DNA from: Gemmatimonadota bacterium
GTDB taxonomy: Bacteria > Gemmatimonadota > Gemmatimonadetes > Gemmatimonadales > GWC2-71-9
Length of the DNA stretch: 64,000 bases
Direction: 5' to 3'
Assembly: GCA_036679605.1 (NCBI GenBank)
Contig: JAZDCZ010000254.1
Location: forward strand, 128,001 to 192,000
Within the stretch, counting starts at the first letter, position 1, and each line of letters begins with the position of its first letter. A program made the translations under genes and the position numbers. Under the pieces are notes generated by a model. The model ran no database searches. It was given only the letters and a program-made list of their open reading frames with translations, and was not told the DNA's origin. Shown in pieces: positions 10,941 to 20,582 of this stretch.

Positions 10941-13494
10941 TCCGCTGCCAGGGGCGGTGCAGCAAAGGCTCGACTACGAGATTGAAACGATCACGCGTCT
11001 TGGCTACTCGGGCTACTTCCTCATCGTCCACGACTTCATAAGTGCCGCACGCGAGCGAGGCATCCCCGTCGGACCAGGGCGCGGATCGGCCGCTGGTTCG
11101 CTGGTCGCTTTTTCCCTCAGGGTTACAGATGTTGATCCGCTCAAATTCGATCTTCTTTTCGAACGGTTTCTCAATCCAGATCGAGTATCGATGCCCGATA
11201 TCGATGTCGATTTTTGCTTCGAGCGCAGGGCTGAAGTAATCGAGTATGTCCGCGAGCGATACGGTAGGGAAAGTGTCGGGCAGATCATTACGTTTGGAAC
11301 CATGAAGGCACGGGCCGCCGTCCGGGACATTGCACGGGTTCTCCGTGTCAGTCCTGCGGATGCCGACAAAATCGCGAAGCTGATACCTACCGGGCCCGCC
11401 TACTCACTTTCCGTCGCAGAGGCCTCGGCCAAGATCCCCGAACTCGCCGAGTTGGCACGGGACAATGAAACGATCGCCCGCCTGTTGGTTCTGGCCGAGC
11501 GAGTCGAGGGTCTGTCGAGACATGCATCTGTACACGCAGCAGGAGTAGTGATAGCTCCGGGGCCACTGCACGACTACGTACCGGTTTGTACACAGCCACA
11601 GCGTGGAAGATCGTCGAACGGGAACGGCAGAGACTCGCTCATCACTCAATTCGACATGGTTGGTCTCGAAAAGATCGGCATGTTGAAGATGGATTTTCTT
11701 GGTCTCAAAACATTGACCGTCATTCAGAACGCGGTCGAAATGATCAGCGAGCGGCACGGTTTGGACATCGACTTCGACACTGTAGACCTCGATGATCCCA
11801 AGGTCTACGAGATGCTGCGCGATGGCCGTACATCCGGGATATTCCAGTTCGAGTCGCCGCTTGGCACCGATATCCTGCGTCAACTGCGCACCGATCAGTT
11901 CGATGACCTAGTGGCAACCAACGCCCTGGTAAGACCAGGGCCACTGGATTCCGGTATGCATCACGTATACATCCGCCGGAAGCGTGGGGAAGAAGCGGTG
12001 AGCTATCCCCATCCAGACCTGGAAGAAACTCTAGAGCCCACCTACGGAGTGATTTTATATCAAGAGCAAGTCATGCGCATCGCCAATGTACTTGCAGGGT
12101 TCACTCTGGCCGAAGCAGACGTGCTGAGAAAAGCTGTCGGCAAGAAGGACGCACCACTGATCGAGCGAGAGCTAATGCGCTTCGTGGATCGTTGCATCGA
12201 GCGCGGTCATGACAGAAAGACCATCGAGGACATTGCTTCGCAGATCACGACGTTTGGCCGCTACGGTTTCAACAAGTCTCACTCTGTCGCGTACAGCATC
12301 ATTTCATTCAGAACCGCCTGGCTCAAGGCCCACTATCCCGCCGAGTTCATGGCGGCGCTCCTGTCGTCGGAAATCGGGGACACCGACAAAGTGGTGACCT
12401 ACATCAATGAGGCTCGCGAACTGAACCTTGAAGTGTTGGCTCCCTCGGTAAACGAATCTGGGCTGAAGTTTACGGTTACAGGCGATTGCAACATCAGGTT
12501 CGGACTGGGTGCGGTCCGAAACGTGGGACGAGGCGCCATAGAGTCGATAGTTTCTGCACGAAAGTCCGGAGGTGACCACAAGACACTGGCCGATTTCTGC
12601 GAGAGAGTAGACCTGAGGCTTTGCAACAAGAGAGTATTGGAATCTCTCATTGCCGCGGGCGCTTTCGATCAGTTTAGCGGGCACCGGGCACAACTCACTG
12701 CTGCGATCGACTCCGCATTTGCCGAGGCGCAACTTCGACAGGCCGACCGAGCTTCAGGCCAGGAGAACCTGTTCGGTGACCAGCCGCAGAAGACACCTGC
12801 CTCAGATGCAAACTCTTTGCCAAACACCGCACCGTGGTCGGAGGCCGAACGACTGGCCAAAGAAAAAGCGGTACTCGGTTTCTTCATTTCGGGTCACCCG
12901 CTAGAAAAATTCCGGGACGAGGTACAACTATTCGGCTCACGTACGACCGCTACTCTCGGAACATGGAGTGAGCACAAGGTGTCGGCAGGTGTCGTGGTGA
13001 CCATGGTTAAGCGCAAAATCAGCCGCAAGACTGGCTCAGAGTACGCACGGCTCACTTTGGAGGACTTTCACGGCACAGCTGAGGCGCTGGTCTTTCCCGA
13101 CAGCTGGAGCCGACTTTCACACCTTATCGAGCCCGACTCGGCGCTGCTTCTCACCGGTGCCTACAGCGCGCGGGACCGAGGTGAGGAGAGAGCGCCGTTC
13201 ATAGTCGAAGGTGCTCAACCCCTGACAGAACTGAGGCAATCCGGAGCAGTGGGAGTTGCGCTAGTATACAACGACCCAACAAACGCGGAAATTGATTCGG
13301 CCGGTGGAGTCGTGGCGCTCTGTGCCGCTCATCCCGGCCCAGCCCCGGTGTTCGTTGAGTGGAAGAACGACGACAATGGAGGTTGGACGACGTTGCGCTC
13401 CCGTAGACTCCGTGTTCAGCTGGACGAGGACTTTCTGGACGCCCTTCGCCTCTTGGTGGGGCCAGAGCGGGTTCGACTAGTGAAAGCGAAATAG
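10924..13494 (+). CDS. dnaE: DNA polymerase III alpha, polymerase core and OB domain (3' fragment, different frame)
   Basis: GYFLIV, GPGRGSAAGS, FERFLNP, MPDIDVDF, HAAGVV, YGFNKSH; begins at EERYG. Confidence 0.92.
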   Translation, partial: EERYGSPLPGAVQQRLDYEIETITRLGYSGYFLIVHDFISAARERGIPVGPGRGSAAGSLVAFSLRVTDVDPLKFDLLFERFLNPDRVSMPDIDVDFCFERRAEVIEYVRERYGRESVGQIITFGTMKARAAVRDIARVLRVSPADADKIAKLIPTGPAYSLSVAEASAKIPELAELARDNETIARLLVLAERVEGLSRHASVHAAGVVIAPGPLHDYVPVCTQPQRGRSSNGNGRDSLITQFDMVGLEKIGMLKMDFLGLKTLTVIQNAVEMISERHGLDIDFDTVDLDDPKVYEMLRDGRTSGIFQFESPLGTDILRQLRTDQFDDLVATNALVRPGPLDSGMHHVYIRRKRGEEAVSYPHPDLEETLEPTYGVILYQEQVMRIANVLAGFTLAEADVLRKAVGKKDAPLIERELMRFVDRCIERGHDRKTIEDIASQITTFGRYGFNKSHSVAYSIISFRTAWLKAHYPAEFMAALLSSEIGDTDKVVTYINEARELNLEVLAPSVNESGLKFTVTGDCNIRFGLGAVRNVGRGAIESIVSARKSGGDHKTLADFCERVDLRLCNKRVLESLIAAGAFDQFSGHRAQLTAAIDSAFAEAQLRQADRASGQENLFGDQPQKTPASDANSLPNTAPWSEAERLAKEKAVLGFFISGHPLEKFRDEVQLFGSRTTATLGTWSEHKVSAGVVVTMVKRKISRKTGSEYARLTLEDFHGTAEALVFPDSWSRLSHLIEPDSALLLTGAYSARDRGEERAPFIVEGAQPLTELRQSGAVGVALVYNDPTNAEIDSAGGVVALCAAHPGPAPVFVEWKNDDNGGWTTLRSRRLRVQLDEDFLDALRLLVGPERVRLVKAK

Positions 13495-13501
13495 GATTAC
13501 T

Positions 13502-14464
13502 GTGGCTGCACCGATAAATCTCGAGTTTGAAAAGCCCATCGTCGAGCTGGAGCACCAGATAGCGCATCTGAAGCGCTTGGCCAGAGATCGACGACTGGAT
13601 GTCGACGAGGAGATAGCGCCGCTCGAGGTGAAGCTCGCCGAGTTGAGGCGCGACACCTACGAGCGACTGACTCCAATGCAACGTGTGCAGGTGGCGCGTC
13701 ATCCAAAGAGACCGTTCACACTGGATTACATAGCCAGTGTTTTCACCGACTTCATCGAACTGAAGGGTGACAGACTGTATAGGGACGATCCGGCGATCGT
13801 GGGAGGATGGGCGCGGCTGGAAGGACAGCCAGTAATGGTCATGGGACACCAGAAGGGCCGGAACACCAAGGAAAACCTCAGGCGTAACTTCGGAATGCCC
13901 CATCCGGAAGGTTATCGCAAGGCATTGCGCTTGATGCAACAGGCCGAGCGATTCGGGGCACCAATTATCACCTTGATCGACACGCCAGGTGCATACCCTG
14001 GTTTGGGAGCGGAGGAGAGAGGGCAAGCAGGGGCCATCGCGCACAATCTCGAAAGAATGGCGGTGCTCAAAACACCCATCATATGCGTCGTCACGGGTGA
14101 AGGAGGGTCCGGTGGCGCACTTGCTCTGGGCTTGGGCGACCGCGTTCTGATGATGGAAAACGCGATCTACTCGGTTATTTCTCCCGAGGGCTGTGCAGCC
14201 ATTCTCTGGAAGGATGCCGCGCTCAAGGAACGCGCGGCCGCGGCATTGAAGTTGACTACGAAAGACTTGTTGGCGCTGGAGGTGATAGACGATGTCATAC
14301 CGGAGCCTCCAGGTGGCGCCCATACCGATCCGCAGGCAGCCGCCTGCGCGCTAAAAACTGCTATCGTCGCCAACTTGAGCAAACTCAAAGAGATGAAGCC
14401 GGAAAAACTCGTGAAGCTCCGGGCCGAAAAATATTTGCGCATGGGAAAGTTCCATGAGGACTAG
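13502..14464 (+). CDS. accA: Acetyl-CoA carboxylase carboxyltransferase alpha
   Basis: LEFEKPI, ARHPKRP, DTPGAYPG, GEGGSGGAL, ISPEGCAAIL; dnaE-accA synteny. Confidence 0.97.
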   Translation: MAAPINLEFEKPIVELEHQIAHLKRLARDRRLDVDEEIAPLEVKLAELRRDTYERLTPMQRVQVARHPKRPFTLDYIASVFTDFIELKGDRLYRDDPAIVGGWARLEGQPVMVMGHQKGRNTKENLRRNFGMPHPEGYRKALRLMQQAERFGAPIITLIDTPGAYPGLGAEERGQAGAIAHNLERMAVLKTPIICVVTGEGGSGGALALGLGDRVLMMENAIYSVISPEGCAAILWKDAALKERAAAALKLTTKDLLALEVIDDVIPEPPGGAHTDPQAAACALKTAIVANLSKLKEMKPEKLVKLRAEKYLRMGKFHED

Positions 14465-15532
14465 TTGCCCGAGCTGGTAGAGGTCCGGTTCAAGGGCAAT
14501 CGGCGAGGGTTTTTCTCCTGGGACAAGGACGCCCCACTTTCCGTGGGGGATCCCGTAGTTGTCGAAGTCGAGCGAGGCCGCGATTTCGGACGTGTGTCGG
14601 CCGTAGGGGAGAACGCGTCTCTCAAGTGTGGCGGATGCGATGGATGTGCCTTGACCGAATCCGCCGACATCGGTGGAACAATACTTCGTGAAGCAAGCAC
14701 CGATGACAGCCATCTGAGCGATGAACTGCGCAAGGCCGAGGAAGATGTTCGCCGCACGGTCATAAATCGTGTGCGCACACACAATCTCGCGATGAAGATC
14801 TGTGATGCCGAATGGCAGTGGGACCGGAAAAAACTCACGATATTCTTTACCGCAGATAAGAGGGTGGATTTTCGGGCGTTGGTACGTGACCTCGCTGGAT
14901 CGTTCCGCACCCGCATCGATCTACGACAGATCGGCGCTCGCGACGAAGCCAAGCGCCTCGATGGTCTTGGTCGATGTGGACGGCAGTACTGTTGCTCGTC
15001 CTGGCTTCCCGAACTGAAACCCGTCAGCTTATCTCTCGCGAAAGACCAGCGGCTCTCCCTCAATCCCTCGCAGATATCGGGCGGATGCGGTCGCCTGCTA
15101 TGTTGCCTCCGCTACGAGCACGAGTTCTACGTGACCAGTCGAAAGCGCTTCCCCAAAGAGGGGCGAACAATTCGTACCTCGCAGGGCAGAGAGACGGTCC
15201 TGGCTGTTGACATCTTCCGAGAACGAGTGCTGCTACGCTCGGAAGATGGATCACAGCGTTCGATGTCGTTGCCCGAACTCAAGACAGAAATCTCTGCTAC
15301 GGACGGACCGCTGCCGAAGGAGACGCCAGCCCCGCCACCGTCAGATCTCGTTTCCTTCGACGAGGGACAAGAGCAACTTACGACGGAAGGGGCAGTCGAA
15401 GCCGTTACGCCCAGAAAGCGCCGTGGGCGCAGACGGAGACGGCGACGCGGTCCGCGGCGTAACCAAGCCGGTCCCGAGCCGGGCTCGAAGAGCCAACCTC
15501 CGGAGAAGCCCGACGACGATCGTGACAACTAA
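14465..15532 (+). CDS. PSP1/YaaT (RicT-like) Fe-S regulatory protein
   Basis: RVDFRALV, RQIGARDEAK, GRCGRQYCC, SGGCGRLLCCLRYE. Confidence 0.9.
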   Translation: MPELVEVRFKGNRRGFFSWDKDAPLSVGDPVVVEVERGRDFGRVSAVGENASLKCGGCDGCALTESADIGGTILREASTDDSHLSDELRKAEEDVRRTVINRVRTHNLAMKICDAEWQWDRKKLTIFFTADKRVDFRALVRDLAGSFRTRIDLRQIGARDEAKRLDGLGRCGRQYCCSSWLPELKPVSLSLAKDQRLSLNPSQISGGCGRLLCCLRYEHEFYVTSRKRFPKEGRTIRTSQGRETVLAVDIFRERVLLRSEDGSQRSMSLPELKTEISATDGPLPKETPAPPPSDLVSFDEGQEQLTTEGAVEAVTPRKRRGRRRRRRRGPRRNQAGPEPGSKSQPPEKPDDDRDN

Positions 15533-17063
15533 GTTCTATATCACAACTGCCATAGACTACTCTAACGGCGAGCCGCACCTGGGGCACGCTTATGAGAAGA
15601 TCGGAGCGGATTGTATCGCCAGGTACCGGCGGCTGCGCGGTTATGAGGTCTATTTCGTTATCGGGATGGATGAGCACGGGCAGAAAGTCGCACAGACCGC
15701 AGACGAGATCGGTGCCGATCCGCAGGAATGGGTCGACGAGATAGCTGAGAAGTTCCAGGCTGCCTGGACCGAACTGTCCATTAGCAATACGGATTTCATT
15801 CGCACGACCGAAGAGCGCCACGCACGCGCGGCACAGGAACTCCTACGACGCATTGAGGAAGCCGGGCACATCGCTCAAGGGATCTATAGCGGTTACTACT
15901 GCGTTGGATGTGAATCGTTCAAGCAAGAGAAAGACCTCGTCGACGGACAGTGCCCAATCCATCCAACACGGGAGATCAGCTGGCTGGAAGAACCCAACTA
16001 CTTCTTCAACCTTGGGGCATTCCGTCATCGCCTGCTCGAGTTCTACGAAGCGAACTATGGCGACGCCCGCGACTTCGTTCGTCCGGTGTCAAAGTTCAAC
16101 GAGATCCGCAACGTCGTTGCCGAATGGGACGACGACTACGGGATGTCCGCGAGCCGTGCCCGACTACCCTGGGGTATTCCATGGCCGGGAGATGAATCGC
16201 ACGTAATCTACGTGTGGTTCGAGGCGGTCATAAACTACCTCACTGCGACTGGGTTCCCTGACGTTGGGTACGACAATATGTGGCCTGCCGATGTCCACGT
16301 GATCGGACCTGACATCCTCCGGTTTCATGCGGCCATCTGGCCAGCCATGCTCATGGCCGCCGACCTCCCGATCCCCCGCGGAGTATGGTGCCACGGTTGG
16401 ATCAACACGGCCGGTGCGCGCTTCTCGAAGAGCGCCGGCGTCTCACTGACATTGAGACACGCAATAGACCGGCACGGACCCGACGCACTCAGATACTTCC
16501 TGCTGCGTGAAATGCCATGGGACGCTGACGGGAATTTCTCTTGGGACCGGTTCGATACCCGATACACTTCCGAGTTGGCAGACGGGTACGGCAACCTCGC
16601 AAGCCGCATTCTCGCCATGATCGATCGCTACCTCAACGGACAGATCAACGAGGGTGGCGGTGAGACCGCTCTGGACCGCGCTGGAGACGATGTTGTCGTC
16701 GATTACGGCAATGCTATGGACGCACACTTGCTACATGAAGGCGGCGCAGCAGCGTGGCAACTAGTGGCGCGTGCCAACCAATTCTGCGAGGAAACTGCTC
16801 CTTGGACCCTCGCCAAGGAGGGGCCGCAATCTGAATTGCAGGCGGTACTTGCCTCGTTGGCTCGAGCGCTCAGTCGGATAACTGTCATGGCATCGCCGTT
16901 CATGCCCAACAAGACCCAGCTGGTATGGGAGGCCTTAGGCCAGGTGGGCCAGGTCCGCGAAGTGACTTGGGAGGCGGTAGAAACACCGACGGTCAGCGGG
17001 GCCCTCGGGAAGAAGCTCCTACCGCTGTTTCCCAAGCCCGGGGTTAGCACCGTAACTCCTTAA
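15522..17063 (+). CDS. metG: Methionine--tRNA ligase
   Basis: FYITTAIDY..PHLGH, YCVGCE, RFSKS (KMSKS variant); GTG start at 15522. Confidence 0.95.
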   Translation: MTTKFYITTAIDYSNGEPHLGHAYEKIGADCIARYRRLRGYEVYFVIGMDEHGQKVAQTADEIGADPQEWVDEIAEKFQAAWTELSISNTDFIRTTEERHARAAQELLRRIEEAGHIAQGIYSGYYCVGCESFKQEKDLVDGQCPIHPTREISWLEEPNYFFNLGAFRHRLLEFYEANYGDARDFVRPVSKFNEIRNVVAEWDDDYGMSASRARLPWGIPWPGDESHVIYVWFEAVINYLTATGFPDVGYDNMWPADVHVIGPDILRFHAAIWPAMLMAADLPIPRGVWCHGWINTAGARFSKSAGVSLTLRHAIDRHGPDALRYFLLREMPWDADGNFSWDRFDTRYTSELADGYGNLASRILAMIDRYLNGQINEGGGETALDRAGDDVVVDYGNAMDAHLLHEGGAAAWQLVARANQFCEETAPWTLAKEGPQSELQAVLASLARALSRITVMASPFMPNKTQLVWEALGQVGQVREVTWEAVETPTVSGALGKKLLPLFPKPGVSTVTP

Positions 17064-17106
17064 CGTTTAATGGCTTACGAGTCATGGATTCGGCAACGGA
17101 AACACC

Positions 17107-17136
17107 TTGACAGGGGCCTAGCCGTTAGTCTATCTT
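17107..17136 (+). promoter_or_regulatory. Sigma70-type promoter upstream of the M23 peptidase
   Basis: TTGACA-18 bp-TATCTT. Confidence 0.6.
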
Positions 17137-17313
17137 CTGCCCGCCGACAATTCCTTCCCTCGACCCGGCTTGTCGAGGACATGCTTAAATACAAGTGTTG
17201 CGCTTAGCCCGTCGTCCCGTGAGATGGATCACGGTTGCCCTACTCCGCTGGAGTTAGGTTCGCGCCGTCTCTCACTGACTCGGCTTTCTAGTTGAGAAGC
17301 GAGAAAATTACTT

Positions 17314-18240
17314 ATGGCAGCACGACGTTGGACAATCCTGATCGTACCTCCCGCAGCAGGGGTATCGAGATCGATGACGATCTCCTTGATCGCCCTGAGG
17401 GTAACGCTTGGCGTTGTAGCGGTCATTACCGCCGCAGCCCTGGGATTGGGGTACACGTCTATCTCGAAAGCGAGAGCGCTGTCCCAGCTGGACAGGATCG
17501 AGCGACGCAACGAATTGCTAACCCAAGAACTAGATCGGACGAAGGCGCTGCTGACGGAGGTGGCTGACACCATCGAGGCCATCTCGAGGCAAGATCTCAA
17601 GGTTCGCTTGCTGGCGGGGCTCGAACCCACCGATCCGGAAGTTCAGCAGGCGGGAATCGGCGGACCGATCGGCAAATGGACTGAAGACGAGCAGATCCTC
17701 TCGGAGGGCGTTGGCGGACGCCGCATGTTGGCGATGCGTACCGACTTGGCCACACTCATACGCCGAGCCAATCTACTTGCTAACTCATTCGATGCCGCCG
17801 CAGATAGCCTAGAGACCCATGTGGACCTCCTGAAGCGGACACCGTCGATCCGGCCTACCAAGGGCTGGCAGACGAGTCTCTTCTCGCAGCAGCGCATGCA
17901 CCCGATCTACCATGACGACAGGCCACACGAGGGAATCGACATCGCGGCACGAATGGGAACGCCGATCCTGGCACCTGCCGCCGGCACCGTCAAGAGCGTT
18001 TTCCAAAACAGCGGCTACGGTCTCATGGTCGTGATCGATCATGGCAACGGCGTCGTAACCCGTTATGCTCACTGCGACAAGTCCCTGGTCAGAACCGGCC
18101 AACGAGTTTCCCGTGGAGACAAAATTGCGCTGGTAGGAAGAAGCGGGATCGCGACCGCACCGCATCTTCACTACGAAGTCTTGCTCAACGGTAGACCGCA
18201 GGATCCGCTCAAGTACATATTCAATACGATCGTAGACTGA
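17314..18240 (+). CDS. M23 family peptidoglycan metalloendopeptidase
   Basis: N-terminal TM and coiled coil; HEGIDI, YAH, PHLHYEV. Confidence 0.93.
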   Translation: MAARRWTILIVPPAAGVSRSMTISLIALRVTLGVVAVITAAALGLGYTSISKARALSQLDRIERRNELLTQELDRTKALLTEVADTIEAISRQDLKVRLLAGLEPTDPEVQQAGIGGPIGKWTEDEQILSEGVGGRRMLAMRTDLATLIRRANLLANSFDAAADSLETHVDLLKRTPSIRPTKGWQTSLFSQQRMHPIYHDDRPHEGIDIAARMGTPILAPAAGTVKSVFQNSGYGLMVVIDHGNGVVTRYAHCDKSLVRTGQRVSRGDKIALVGRSGIATAPHLHYEVLLNGRPQDPLKYIFNTIVD

Positions 18241-18338
18241 GCGACGTTCCGGCGCTCCAGCTATCGAGCGCCCCTATCTACAACCCCTACCCCGCCCGAG
18301 GGACCAGCCGCTCCAAGGTCCGGTTCTCACCCTTCCTC

Positions 18339-19085
18339 TTGTGCCTCGCCGCCATCTGCATCACGCAAACCGGGTGCGGTTTTTCGGAAACCCTACTGGA
18401 GATCCGAGCCTTTAACAAGGACGGAACACCGCTGGCTGGACTTGAAGTCACAGCACTGCCATTTGACGCTCAGCGTTTGTTTGATTCGCTGGCTAACGTG
18501 GCCGGAACCGAGCGTCCCAGCTTTCCTGGATTGATGACGGAGCTGGAGTCTTATCGGAAGCCCGGAGAGGACCAGATGATACAGATCGCCGCCCCCTGGC
18601 GTATGACACGGGATAGTGTGGCGAAGCTGGCAGATTCATTGCGTCTGGTGTCACCCAAGTCCCCGGGCTATCGAGCCGCGTACAATCGGTTGGGGGAGCG
18701 GTACCGCCTCCTAGCCCAGCGGGCTGCTGAGCGGGACGCCAAGCTCAGGGAGCACATGGGCGACGACCGTGAGCTAGCTATTAGAGCGGCGGCGGCTGCA
18801 GACCGAATTAGGATATGGGAACGGGCAACTTACGCGGTGTTCGCCTCGCTGGCAGATTCAGCGGTCGCCGGCGCAGGAATTGACTGGCAACGTGGCGTGA
18901 CCGACAGCTCTGGGACCTTGCTTCTTAAGCTTGAGCCCGGAAAGTGGTGGCTCACCGCGACCCATCAGCATCGTAGCAATCCGTTCTGGGAGGACTATTG
19001 GAACGTGCCAATAGTGGTCCGCAGCATAGGACCAACGGTAGCGCCACTGTACATTGAGAACGTAGAAACCAGGTGGAGACATTGA
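18339..19085 (+). CDS. Hypothetical exported protein/lipoprotein
   Basis: 248-aa ORF between M23 and DsbA genes; start uncertain. Confidence 0.6.
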   Translation: MCLAAICITQTGCGFSETLLEIRAFNKDGTPLAGLEVTALPFDAQRLFDSLANVAGTERPSFPGLMTELESYRKPGEDQMIQIAAPWRMTRDSVAKLADSLRLVSPKSPGYRAAYNRLGERYRLLAQRAAERDAKLREHMGDDRELAIRAAAAADRIRIWERATYAVFASLADSAVAGAGIDWQRGVTDSSGTLLLKLEPGKWWLTATHQHRSNPFWEDYWNVPIVVRSIGPTVAPLYIENVETRWRH

Positions 19086-19834
19086 GCGATCATAGGGTAG
19101 AGGAAACCCATTCTGAGCCGCAAGACCGCGACGCGCGAACAAGCGTGAAGAGAACCAGATTCATTCCGTTTATCGCAGTCGTTCTCGCCGTGGCTGCGGG
19201 TACGGGCTGGGCCATAGCCAGTCGTTCGGGGGAAACTAACGTGCCTGCCGGTGAGCCCGCACTCACCTCCCAAGGCCAGCCCGACCCGCTAATAAGCCAA
19301 CGCACCATTGGTGACGATGACGCTCCGATTACGATCTACGAGGCAAGTGATTTTCAATGCCCGTACTGTCGCGTGTTTTGGGAGGAAACACTTCCGCAGA
19401 TCAAACGGGAGTACGTCGAATCCGGCAAAGCACGAATCATATTTTTGAACTTCCCCATACCGCAGCTACATGCGAACGCCGCGGCGGCCCATGAGTTCGC
19501 GATGTGTGCGGCGGCACAGGACCGGTTCTGGCGGATTCACGATTTGCTGTATGAGCATCAGGCACAGTGGGAAGAACTCGACCAGCCGCAATCATTTTTT
19601 ATGACTTTGGCAGATTCAGCGCACCTCAACCGAGATTCGGTCACCACTTGCGTGGAGCAAGGGGCTCAGCGCTGGTTGGTCCGGCAAGAAGCTCAGGCAA
19701 TCGCGCAGAGTGGGGTTACCAGCACCCCATCGTTCATCATAGAGGGAGGCCTGCTAAAAGGTGCGGCTCCGATCGACGCCTGGCGCCCTCTTCTGGACTC
19801 GCTGTTTCAGGCTAAGACGAAGAAGAAGAACTAA
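19073..19834 (+). CDS. DsbA/thioredoxin-fold disulfide oxidoreductase
   Basis: SDFQCPYC and cis-Pro GVTSTPSF. Confidence 0.9.
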   Translation: METLSDHRVEETHSEPQDRDARTSVKRTRFIPFIAVVLAVAAGTGWAIASRSGETNVPAGEPALTSQGQPDPLISQRTIGDDDAPITIYEASDFQCPYCRVFWEETLPQIKREYVESGKARIIFLNFPIPQLHANAAAAHEFAMCAAAQDRFWRIHDLLYEHQAQWEELDQPQSFFMTLADSAHLNRDSVTTCVEQGAQRWLVRQEAQAIAQSGVTSTPSFIIEGGLLKGAAPIDAWRPLLDSLFQAKTKKKN

Positions 19835-20558
19835 GCAGAGTCAAACCGATATCGTATAGGGCGTGGGTCCACGCTGCAATCCCGAATCCGCGAGCCACAT
19901 ATAGTCCGCTCAGGATCACGCCGGCAACTGCCCTGTACGCAAACGACGGGATAGTAAATTCATCTCCCAACGAGCCTACGTAGTGAAATGAGCTAAACAC
20001 GAGGGCGCTACCTAAAACTGCCACCGTAATAGACACCGGGCGACTCCACGCCAAGCGCGCACCGACGGCGACCAGCCCACCGACGAGCAGCACTCTGAAC
20101 AGCAGCTCCTCATAGATTCCCGCGCCTAGAGACACAACCAACTGCGAGCCCAGTGATAGTTGCTCGGCGCCACCCTGGACGGCATAGAGCGGCGATTGTA
20201 ACAACCAGGACGTGAGCAGCGAGACCGTACTCCCAAGCATTGCGGCGTACAGCAAGCTCTCTGCGAACATCCCGGCAAAGATTCGGGATTTGACCCCACC
20301 TTCATTTCGCCGCCGATCACGCCAAACAAACCACCCACCGATGCCCAAGAGCAGGACATCGAAGACTAGCAGTCCGTTCCGCCCGCCCAACGAAACGAAC
20401 AGGGTCTTGAGAAGTACGTCCGCCCCGTTTCGAACTCCCGCAAACGCTGACTGCGATGAGACTGCTGCAAGGACCTCGTACAGCAGTAGGAGCGGAACCG
20501 CGAACATGATGCTGTATCGCGGCTCTCGGGTTGCTTTCAGGTATACTCGTAGCGACAT
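19812..20558 (-). CDS. CPBP (Abi/CAAX protease) family intramembrane protease
   Basis: EELLFR, FSSFH, HALYD motifs. Confidence 0.88.
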   Translation of the reverse strand: MSLRVYLKATREPRYSIMFAVPLLLLYEVLAAVSSQSAFAGVRNGADVLLKTLFVSLGGRNGLLVFDVLLLGIGGWFVWRDRRRNEGGVKSRIFAGMFAESLLYAAMLGSTVSLLTSWLLQSPLYAVQGGAEQLSLGSQLVVSLGAGIYEELLFRVLLVGGLVAVGARLAWSRPVSITVAVLGSALVFSSFHYVGSLGDEFTIPSFAYRAVAGVILSGLYVARGFGIAAWTHALYDIGLTLLSSSSSS

Positions 20559-20582
20559 GGAATCAAATCTATAACATTCAGT

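Noticed and set aside
10122..13494. Split-intein or programmed-frameshift DnaE
   Set aside because: No intein terminal motifs or slippery site, and sequence is missing at the junction.
15410..15460. Poly-Arg stretch in the PSP1 protein
   Set aside because: Ordinary low-complexity C-terminal tail.
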